A stretch of 64,000 bases of DNA, from contig CAVXPM010000001.1 of assembly GCA_963763695.1 (NCBI GenBank), positions 116,963 to 180,962 of the forward strand, given 5' to 3'. Each line of letters begins with the position of its first letter. Positions within the stretch are counted from its first letter, which is position 1. The position numbers were made by a program, and so were the translations under genes. The notes beneath the pieces are model-generated. The model was not told where the DNA came from and did no database searches. It worked only from the letters and a program-made list of their open reading frames with translations. The DNA is from an uncultured Solirubrobacteraceae bacterium. Its GTDB lineage: Bacteria; Actinomycetota; Thermoleophilia; Solirubrobacterales; Solirubrobacteraceae. Shown here piece by piece: positions 27,170 to 34,525 of this stretch.

Positions 27170-27973
27170 GTGAGCAAACGTCTCGCGGTAGCCGGCAGCG
27201 GCGCCATCGCCTGCGGTCTGGCGGCCACGGCTGCCCACCACGGGCCCGTGCTGCTGCTCGCCCGTTCAGAGAGCTCAGCCGAGCGCGCCCGCGCGACGGT
27301 CGAGAAGACCCTGAGCCGCCTCGGGGCAGAGGTCGGGGTGGGCGGGCTCCATTCGGTCGAGATCGTGACCGATCCCGCAGCGCTCGCCGAGGCCACCTTC
27401 GTGGTGGAGGCGGTGGTCGAGGACCACGAGGTCAAGGCGGGTCTGCTGGGCGAGCTGAACGGCATCCTCGACGCGGACGCGATCCTCGCGAGCACCACCT
27501 CTTCGCTGTCGGTGGAGCGCCTGGCCCTGGACAGCGGCCGGCCGGAGCGCTTCCTCGGGTTGCACGTGTTCAACCCGGTGACCAAGATGAAGCTCGTCGA
27601 GCTGATCTTCCCGAGCGCCGCCAGCGAGCAGACGCGCACGCGCGCGCTCGCGCTGTGCGAGAAATTCGAGAAGACACCGGTGGTGGTCCCCGACGTGCCC
27701 GGGTTCGTTGTCAACCGTCTGCTCTTCCCCTACCTCTTCAGCGCGGTGCGCCTGATGGAAGAGACGGGCATGGACCCCACCGACATCGACACCTGCATGC
27801 GCCTCGGCGCCGGGCACCCGATGGGTCCGCTCGCGCTGCTGGACCTCGTCGGGCTGGACGTCTCCAAGGCGATCGGCGAGACGATCGGCGAGAGCGTCCC
27901 CGCCCGTGTCGAGGAGCTGATCGGCGAAGGCGCGCTGGGGCGCAAGAGCGGCCGCGGGGTTCACACGTACTGA
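27170..27973 (+). CDS. 3-hydroxyacyl-CoA dehydrogenase family protein
   Basis: VAGSGAIACG, VEAVVED, STTSSLS, LHVFNPV, PGFVVNRLL, HPMGPLALLD motifs. Confidence 0.92.
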   Translation: MSKRLAVAGSGAIACGLAATAAHHGPVLLLARSESSAERARATVEKTLSRLGAEVGVGGLHSVEIVTDPAALAEATFVVEAVVEDHEVKAGLLGELNGILDADAILASTTSSLSVERLALDSGRPERFLGLHVFNPVTKMKLVELIFPSAASEQTRTRALALCEKFEKTPVVVPDVPGFVVNRLLFPYLFSAVRLMEETGMDPTDIDTCMRLGAGHPMGPLALLDLVGLDVSKAIGETIGESVPARVEELIGEGALGRKSGRGVHTY

Positions 27974-28163
27974 GCCGGGAGCATCCACGGATTGAGCCGG
28001 GACGAACATTTATCAAGTCTGATCTGACTTTTAGCTCAGGTTGATCAAGCTGGCGATACTAGTTGATGCGACGTCAAGGTCGCATCGCACACCCGCCTCC
28101 TCCAGTGCACACGATCCGGTCCGCTCCCCCCGCGGGCCGGACGTGTTTAACGCCCGCTTCCCC

Positions 28164-28217
28164 GTTGTCGTCCGACTCGCGTTGGTTGTCCAACTCGCGT
28201 TAGTTGTCCGACTCGCG
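28164..28217. repeat. Three 18-bp tandem repeats spanning the hemolysin-family gene stop
   Basis: Minus-strand units CGCGAGTCGGACAACTAA / CGCGAGTTGGACAACCAA / CGCGAGTCGGACGACAAC. Confidence 0.8.
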
Positions 28218-29522
28218 ATTCTCGCGCGGCACCTGGCGCCGTTCGCGGATGCGCACCGCCTCAATGCGGTTGTCGCGCACGGACTCGACCCTGATCGAGA
28301 AGCCGTCCGCGTTGATCGTGTCGCCGCGTCGCGGCAGGCGGCCCAGCTCGGCGAACACGAAGCCGCCGACGGAGTTGTAGGCGTCGCTGTCGACCGGCAG
28401 GTCCAGGCCGTAGTCGGCCAGGTCGGTGACAGCAACATGACCGCGCACGAACCACTCGCCGTTGGCGAGCTTGCGTATCTCGCCCGTGCTCGGATCGGTC
28501 TCGTCGGCGATCTCGCCGACGACCTCCTCGATGATGTCCTCGACCGTCACCACGCCGACCACGCGGCCGTACTCGTCGACCACCACCGCCATTGAGGTGC
28601 GCCGCCGCTGCAGATCGGCGAGCAGGTCGTCCAGCGGCTTGGTCTCGGGCACGATCAGGGCGTCGTGGACGATCGACTCGATCGTCGCGGAGGCGCCATC
28701 CTGCATCAGCTGGCGCACCAGCTCGCTGACGTGGACGAGACCGCGCACGCGGTCGCGATCTTCCTCTTCGGTCACGAGCAGTCGCGTGTGTCCGCTCGAG
28801 ACGCACAACCGCAGAGCCGTCTCGACCGTCTGGGATGTGTCGATCGTGACCACCGCGGGGATCGGCGTCATCACCTGGCGCGCCTCCTGTTCGTGCAGGT
28901 GGAAGACACCCGTGAGCATGCCCGCCTCGCCGGGATCGATGTGGCCGCCCTCGTGGGACTCGGCGATCAGCCGCTTGAGCTCATCTGAGGAGCCGCCGCT
29001 GCGCTCGAGGCTCATGTCCACCCCGAGCACCCGCAGGATGCGGTCCGAGACAGCGGTCAGAGCGAGGATGATCGGGTGAAACAGCGCGCTGAACGCGCGC
29101 AGCGGACGCGCCACGCGGCGCGCGACCGCCTCGGCGCGGTCGATGGCGTAGAACTTCGGCACCATCTCGCCCGCCACGAGCTGGGCGGAGGCGATGATCA
29201 CGAACGCGATCACTACCGCGATCGCAACCGCCACGCCATGACCGAGCGCGTTGCCGAGCGCGCCCTTGAGCAGGTTTGCCAGAGCGGGCTCGCCGAGTGC
29301 TCCGATCCCGATCGAGGTCATCGTCACACCGATCTGCACCGCCGATATGTACTCGTTGACGTTGCTGAGCTGCTCGAGCGCCAGCACGGCGCCTTTGGCG
29401 CCTTTGTCGCGCATCACTTCCAGGCGCGCGCGGCGCGAGCGTACGAGGGCGTACTCGGCGATCACGAAGAACGCGTTGATCGCGATCAGCAGCGCCGCCA
29501 GGATCAGCTTGAGGCCGTTCAC
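28200..29522 (-). CDS. HlyC/CorC (CNNM-CBS-CorC) family transporter
   Basis: NAFFVIAEYALV, VQIGVT, GEMVPK, CBS pair, VDEYG, TVEDIIEEVVGEIADE. Confidence 0.92.
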   Translation of the reverse strand: MNGLKLILAALLIAINAFFVIAEYALVRSRRARLEVMRDKGAKGAVLALEQLSNVNEYISAVQIGVTMTSIGIGALGEPALANLLKGALGNALGHGVAVAIAVVIAFVIIASAQLVAGEMVPKFYAIDRAEAVARRVARPLRAFSALFHPIILALTAVSDRILRVLGVDMSLERSGGSSDELKRLIAESHEGGHIDPGEAGMLTGVFHLHEQEARQVMTPIPAVVTIDTSQTVETALRLCVSSGHTRLLVTEEEDRDRVRGLVHVSELVRQLMQDGASATIESIVHDALIVPETKPLDDLLADLQRRRTSMAVVVDEYGRVVGVVTVEDIIEEVVGEIADETDPSTGEIRKLANGEWFVRGHVAVTDLADYGLDLPVDSDAYNSVGGFVFAELGRLPRRGDTINADGFSIRVESVRDNRIEAVRIRERRQVPRENRESDN

Positions 29523-29707
29523 GCCGAACCGGCGGTCTCCGGCGCACGGCGAGACTTCACGACGCGCGCGGGACCGGTTCGGCCGTCGTCCAGGCGGCCG
29601 GTTGAGGCCACGCTACTTCGGGGGGGATCTTCTTCGTCGTTCATCGAGCGGTGGACAACCCAAACCTAGCAAGGGCGATGGTCAGACACCGGGCGAAGCC
29701 CAGCCGC

Positions 29708-29992
29708 TCAGGTGAGACCATCGATCTCCGCCGCCAACTTGAAGTCGGCGTCGGTGAGCCCTCCCTCGGAGTGAGTTGAGAGCGTCAGGCGCACCCGCTT
29801 CCAGTCGTGCACCAGGATGTCCGGATGGTGATTGGCACGCTCGGCCGCTGCGGCCACGCGGTTGACGAACGCGATTGCCGCGGCGAAGTCCGCGAACTCG
29901 TAGTCGCGCGCGATCGACGCCTGCTCGGCGCCCTGCCAGTCCTCGAGCGCGGCCAGGCGCCGGGCTGTCTCCTGCTCGCCGAGCACATTCAC
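29708..29992 (-). CDS. phhB: Pterin-4-alpha-carbinolamine dehydratase
   Basis: FADFAAAIAFVNRVA...ANHHPDI...LSTHSEGGLT motif. Confidence 0.9.
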   Translation of the reverse strand: MNVLGEQETARRLAALEDWQGAEQASIARDYEFADFAAAIAFVNRVAAAAERANHHPDILVHDWKRVRLTLSTHSEGGLTDADFKLAAEIDGLT

Positions 29993-30035
29993 GACCTCGA
30001 CACTAGCTCGATCGCAGGGTCCCTACAGTCTGGGA

Positions 30036-30947
30036 ATGCGCATCGTGAGCCTCGTGCCCCACGCCACCGAGCTGCTGTTCGCTCTGGGAGCGGGCACCGA
30101 GGTGGTGGCGGTGACCCACGAGTGCGACTATCCGCTGGAGGCGCTGGCGCTGCCCAGGGTGACGCGCGATGTGCTTCCGCCGAACCTGAGCGCGGTGGAG
30201 ATCGACCGCGCGGTACGCGAGCGCACGCTCGAGGGGCAGGCGATCTACGAGCTGGACCGGGAGGCGCTGGCGCTGCTGGAGCCCGACCTGATCGTCACCC
30301 AGGCGCTGTGTCCGGTGTGCGCCGTCTCCTACGACGAGGTGGCCGAGCTGGCGCGCACGCTGGCGTCCAAGCCACGCGTGATCGCCCTGGACCCCAAGAC
30401 CCTTGGCGAGACCTTGGGCGACGTGCGCACGCTCGCACAGGCGACCGACCGCCGCGAGCAGGGCATGGAGCTGGTTCGCCAGACGGCAGCGCGCGTGGAT
30501 CGGGTCCGGCTGGCGGTGCGCGGCGCACAGCGGCCACGGGTGGCCGCCCTGGAGTGGCTCGAGCCGGTGTTCGTCGCCGGCCACTGGACTCCGCAGCTGA
30601 TCGAGCTGGCCGGCGGCACCGACGTGCTGGGACTTCCCGGCGAACCGTCTGAAACGCTTCCCTGGGAGACGATCGCAGCGGCCCATCCGGAGATCGTGGT
30701 GCTGATGCCGTGCGGCTATGACGCGCCGAGGGCGCGCGAGGAGGGGCTCTCCTACGCGCGTGAGCTGGCAAAGCTCGGCGCACAGCGGATCGTGGCGGTC
30801 AACGCCTCCGCCTACTTCTCGCGTCCCGGCCCGCGCCTCGTGGACGGCGTCGAGCTGCTCGCGCACATCCTGCACCCTGACCGCGTGCCGCGGTTGCCGG
30901 CGGGGGCCGAGGCCCTGACGATCACCGCCGCGCCCTCCGCCTCCTGA
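30036..30947 (+). CDS. BtuF-like (cobalamin/iron-siderophore class) substrate-binding protein without signal peptide
   Basis: MRIVSLVPHATE, VTHECDYP, PDLIVTQALC, EWLEP...GHWTP, FSRPGPRL. Confidence 0.8.
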   Translation: MRIVSLVPHATELLFALGAGTEVVAVTHECDYPLEALALPRVTRDVLPPNLSAVEIDRAVRERTLEGQAIYELDREALALLEPDLIVTQALCPVCAVSYDEVAELARTLASKPRVIALDPKTLGETLGDVRTLAQATDRREQGMELVRQTAARVDRVRLAVRGAQRPRVAALEWLEPVFVAGHWTPQLIELAGGTDVLGLPGEPSETLPWETIAAAHPEIVVLMPCGYDAPRAREEGLSYARELAKLGAQRIVAVNASAYFSRPGPRLVDGVELLAHILHPDRVPRLPAGAEALTITAAPSAS

Positions 30948-30981
30948 CGCTCGCCGCGCTCGGTGCCTCGACTCAGGGGCG

Positions 30982-31803
30982 TCAGGCGATGCCGGTGCCG
31001 GTGGCGCTGGAGACGGCAATGGCGGCGAACACCGCGACCGCGCACAGCGCCAGACAGGCCAGGAACGCGAGTACGGGCACCCCGCGCTTGCCGGCCTCGC
31101 GGAACGCCAGTCCGGCCAGGAAGCCGCCGATCAGACCGGCCACGTGCGCGCCCACGGAGATGTTCGCAAAGGTGAAGCTGAAGATCAGGTTGATCAGGAT
31201 CAGGCCGCCGATGCCGGACTCCATCACGCTGACTCGTCGCGCGCGCAGCTCGACCACAGCAGCGCCCATCAGCCCGAACACCGCGCCGGAGGCTCCGAGA
31301 CTGGGCTGCCCGGTGGCGAACAGCGCGCCAAAGGAGCCGACCAGCAGGGCGGTGAAGTAGATCGCGGCGAAGCGGGCAGAGCCGATCGAGCGCTCGAGCA
31401 TCATCCCGAGCAGGTAGAGCAGGTACATGTTGAAGCCGATGTGGATGAAGTTCTCGTGCAGGAAGCCGCTGGTGATAAGCCGCCAGTACTGGTGCCCTTC
31501 GGCGATCGGTCCCCGCTGCAGGAAGCCTTCGTCGACGACCTTGCCGTAGATGCCCGTACCCGTCAGCGTGAATTGGCCCTGCTCGGTGAGGAAGGCGATC
31601 ACGTTGATGACGATCAGCGCGTAGGTGACGCGCGGGATCGAGGCCGTCTCACGCAGGCGCACCACTTTGGTGCGCTGCTGGGCGCACTCCGGGCAGCGCA
31701 TGCCGACGGGCGTGGTGGTCATGCAGTCGGGACATATCGGGCGCCCGCAGTTGGAGCAGGAGACCCCCGTCTCGCGCGAGGGGTGGCGGTAGCAGGTGGC
31801 CAT
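30982..31803 (-). CDS. Rhomboid-family intramembrane serine protease with N-terminal B-box-like zinc finger
   Basis: CYRHP...CSNCGRPICPDC; WRLITSGFLH, GASGAVFG, AHVAGLIGG. ATG at 31803. Confidence 0.92.
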   Translation of the reverse strand: MATCYRHPSRETGVSCSNCGRPICPDCMTTTPVGMRCPECAQQRTKVVRLRETASIPRVTYALIVINVIAFLTEQGQFTLTGTGIYGKVVDEGFLQRGPIAEGHQYWRLITSGFLHENFIHIGFNMYLLYLLGMMLERSIGSARFAAIYFTALLVGSFGALFATGQPSLGASGAVFGLMGAAVVELRARRVSVMESGIGGLILINLIFSFTFANISVGAHVAGLIGGFLAGLAFREAGKRGVPVLAFLACLALCAVAVFAAIAVSSATGTGIA

Positions 31804-31879
31804 CGAGGCAGAGAGCGTATCTCGGCGGAGGCGACCCACCGCCGGGCGCTGCGCGCCCCATGCGCGCCGTGCCTGGTCC

Positions 31880-32251
31880 TCAGCGCTCGCCGAGGAGCCT
31901 GCGGGTCTCGCGCCCGATCTCGCGCAGGGCACGCTCGGCCGTCTCGCGCACGCCCTCGGCGGTCTCTCGCACACCGGCCAGATCCGGACCGCGGACGGCT
32001 GTGCGCCGGCGGGCGCGCAGCAGCACGAGCGCCGCGCCGGCTGCGCTGCCGCCGACCACGGCGGCTGCGGGGCGAACCCAGTTGCGCGGGTCGCGCATCG
32101 CAGAGAGCTCCCATGCCTCGAGCTCGTCGGCGGCCATCGCGGTGATGCTCGTCAGCGTGCTCTCCAGTCGCACCGCCAGATCGGCCGGCGGCTCGATCGG
32201 CGTGAGCGCTTCGCGCAGCAGCCCCTCGAAGCTCTGTGCCGCCTCACTCAT
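31880..32251 (-). CDS. Small single-TM protein, putative anti-sigma factor
   Basis: ATG at 32251 overlaps the ECF sigma stop; one hydrophobic helix (AAAVVGGSAAGAALVLL) followed by RARRR. Confidence 0.55.
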   Translation of the reverse strand: MSEAAQSFEGLLREALTPIEPPADLAVRLESTLTSITAMAADELEAWELSAMRDPRNWVRPAAAVVGGSAAGAALVLLRARRRTAVRGPDLAGVRETAEGVRETAERALREIGRETRRLLGER

Positions 32252-32861
32252 CCTCGCCGCCCCCACGCGCGTCGTTGGCCCGCGGCGGAACCGGACGCCC
32301 GTTGGAGGAGGCGAGGCCGACCTCGCCGCGGTCGCCGACCATCTCCTCGAGCTGCTTGATCGCGCGATGGATCAGCACCTTGGTGGCTCCGTCGGATCGT
32401 CCCATCGCACGCGCGATCTCGCGGTTGTCCATGCCGAGCGCAAAGCGCATGATCAATGCCTCGCGCCGGTCGTCGGGCAGCTTGCGCACCCCGTCGAGCA
32501 CGCGACTGAGCTCGTCTCGGCCCTCGACCAGCTGCTCGGTGGTGTGCAGCGCGGTCAGCATCGTGTTCTCGTCGATCGGCGAGGCGGGCTTGCGCGAGCG
32601 GTCGCGATACAGGTTGGCGGCGAGGTTGTGTGCGATCCGGATCAGCCAAGGCCGCAGTGGGCGCCCGTGCGATTCGCGCTGCGCTCGCTCGAAGTGACGA
32701 TATGCCTGCAGGAAGGTCTGCTCGGTCAGGTCCTCTGCGTCGTGGTGGTCGCCAACGCGGTAATAGGCGTAGCTGTAGACGTCGCGCAGGTGCGCTCGGT
32801 ACAGATCCGAGAACTCGGCATCCAACTTCGCCTTGGACTTCTGGCTGACTTGCTCGGCCAC
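32244..32861 (-). CDS. ECF-type sigma-70 factor
   Basis: DAEDLTEQTF, WLIRIAHNLAAN, LPDDRREALIMRF...REIA...ATKVLIHRAIKQL (regions 2 and 4). Confidence 0.92.
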   Translation of the reverse strand: MAEQVSQKSKAKLDAEFSDLYRAHLRDVYSYAYYRVGDHHDAEDLTEQTFLQAYRHFERAQRESHGRPLRPWLIRIAHNLAANLYRDRSRKPASPIDENTMLTALHTTEQLVEGRDELSRVLDGVRKLPDDRREALIMRFALGMDNREIARAMGRSDGATKVLIHRAIKQLEEMVGDRGEVGLASSNGRPVPPRANDARGGGEDE

Positions 32862-32896
32862 TCATTGCACCCTACCCGCCACCCTCCTATGAGCAT

Positions 32897-33688
32897 TCAA
32901 GCGGCACGCGAGACCTCGCGCGGCTCGCTCGCATGGGCGTCCTGCGCGCGCGGGCTCTTTGCGCCGCCGAGCCACTCCCATTGCAGGCGCACGCATGCCC
33001 AGATGCGTTCGGTGACGCCCATCGCGAGCGCGGGCGAGGAGCGCTTGACGGTCGGGAAGAGCAGCGGTCGTCCAGCGCGGATGCGCACCTTGCGGGGCCG
33101 GATGCGCCAGCCCCTGCGCGCGTCTTCGCTGCCGATGACCGCGATCGGAGCGACCGGTGCGCCGGTTTCGAGCGCCAGGCGCCCGACGCCACGGCGTGGG
33201 TCTCCCAGCGGGCCGGGACGGGTGCGGGTGCCCTCGGGGAACACCACCACGCAGTCGCCGCGTTCGAGGATCGTGCGCGCCGTCGCCATCGCATCCCGGT
33301 CGCCCGCGCCGCGGTCCACCGGGAAGGCGCCCAGCGCGTTGAGCAGCACCGCCTGCCAGCGCTTCTCGAACAGCTCGCGCTTGGCCATGTAGTAGACGGG
33401 ACGGCGCACCATCGTGCCGATCACGAACGGGTCGAGGAAGCTGCGGTGGTTGGACGCCAACAGCAGCGGGCCCGTGCGAGGGAGGTGCTCGCGCCCGATC
33501 CGCTGCATCCGGAAGTAGATCAGGAAGAACGGCACCAGCAGCGTGCGCATCACCCGGTAGAAGATCGGATTGACGCCCCTGTTGAGCGAGCGCTCGCGAA
33601 AGCTGCTCAGATCCGCTCCGGGCACATCGGCCGAAACCTCGCCCCGTTCGGGGATCTGCTCTTGGGGACAGGCCTTCATGCCTTTCAT
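32897..33688 (-). CDS. plsC: Lysophospholipid acyltransferase (PlsC family)
   Basis: SNHRSFLD (HX4D), MAKREL, GAFPVDR, FPEGTR motifs. Confidence 0.9.
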   Translation of the reverse strand: MKGMKACPQEQIPERGEVSADVPGADLSSFRERSLNRGVNPIFYRVMRTLLVPFFLIYFRMQRIGREHLPRTGPLLLASNHRSFLDPFVIGTMVRRPVYYMAKRELFEKRWQAVLLNALGAFPVDRGAGDRDAMATARTILERGDCVVVFPEGTRTRPGPLGDPRRGVGRLALETGAPVAPIAVIGSEDARRGWRIRPRKVRIRAGRPLLFPTVKRSSPALAMGVTERIWACVRLQWEWLGGAKSPRAQDAHASEPREVSRAA

Positions 33689-33736
33689 ACACCGCCCCCG
33701 AGCACGCCGTTACAGTTGATCGGCGTCCCCGCGCGC

Positions 33737-33809
33737 GCCGGAGTAGCTCAGCTGGTAGAGCACCTGTCTTGTAAACAGGAGGTCAGGGGTTCGAGACCCC
33801 TCTCCGGCT
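33737..33809 (+). tRNA. tRNA-Thr (TGT), CCA not encoded
   Basis: Acceptor GCCGGAG/CTCCGGC, D-arm AGCTCAGCTGGTAGAGC, anticodon stem CCTGT/ACAGG with loop CT-TGT-AA, T-loop GGTTCGAGACC. Confidence 0.97.
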
Positions 33810-34525
33810 CTCGCAGAATGCCAGCAACTCGCATCGCGAAGCCTCTAAGCACGTAGAAGGCGCGCACAGCGCTCGCCCCGCCGAACGAACCTGCCGCGAG
33901 CAGCCCGGCTCGAACATCGGAGTTCCTTGGGGAGTTTACAAATCCTCGAACTACTCGTGACGAATGCCACTAGGAGTCCGGCGTCGCATCGGCCAGCCGA
34001 AGGCATGCTGGACGAGCTTCTCTTCGGTTGTGATGCGCCTTCGTAAGCTCGTTCACGATCTCTGCGGCTGTCGAGAGGAACTCTGCCGCTGCTGGCTGCT
34101 GGATTCGATCGCGAGTTCCCTCATCGTCCTACGCGTAGGCCTGCGAAGGAGCGGTGCGCCTCGCTTGTCGGGTGCGAGGTCTAAGTCTTGCGTCTTGCCT
34201 TAGAGCGTGTCGAAGGCGCATTTCCGCGCTGACCACGGGCGGCTCCCGTCGCCCGGATTGGTGCCCTCTAGCTCCGCCGTAAGACCAGACTTCTGCGACC
34301 GTTGACGAGTTTGGCCGAGTTCGATCTTTTGCAGCTCCACGTGCCGTGGCGCGACGCAGCTGGCGTGTTGTGGCGAGTCGAGGCAGCTGCGAGAGGATTG
34401 CGGCATATCCTTCACTTAGTCTCTGCGGCGTTCATTTATGCGTTTTCGCTGAAGACGTGAGCCCAGGGGCCACCACCCCTGTAGATGCCGTACCGACCTA
34501 TCGAGCAGATAACTTTGTCGATCGT

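Noticed and set aside
28017-28036. AAGTC/GACTT hairpin with T-run as a terminator
   Set aside because: The 5-bp A/T-rich stem is too weak to call.
29620-29626. G7 homopolymer as a phase-variation switch fusing the uORF to the CorC gene
   Set aside because: The fused frame hits a TAG immediately after the run, so slippage there cannot give a fusion.
33810-34525. Integrase or direct att repeat for the tRNA islet
   Set aside because: No tyrosine/serine recombinase motifs and no direct copy of the tRNA 3' end were found; only the inverted copy at 36896-36926.
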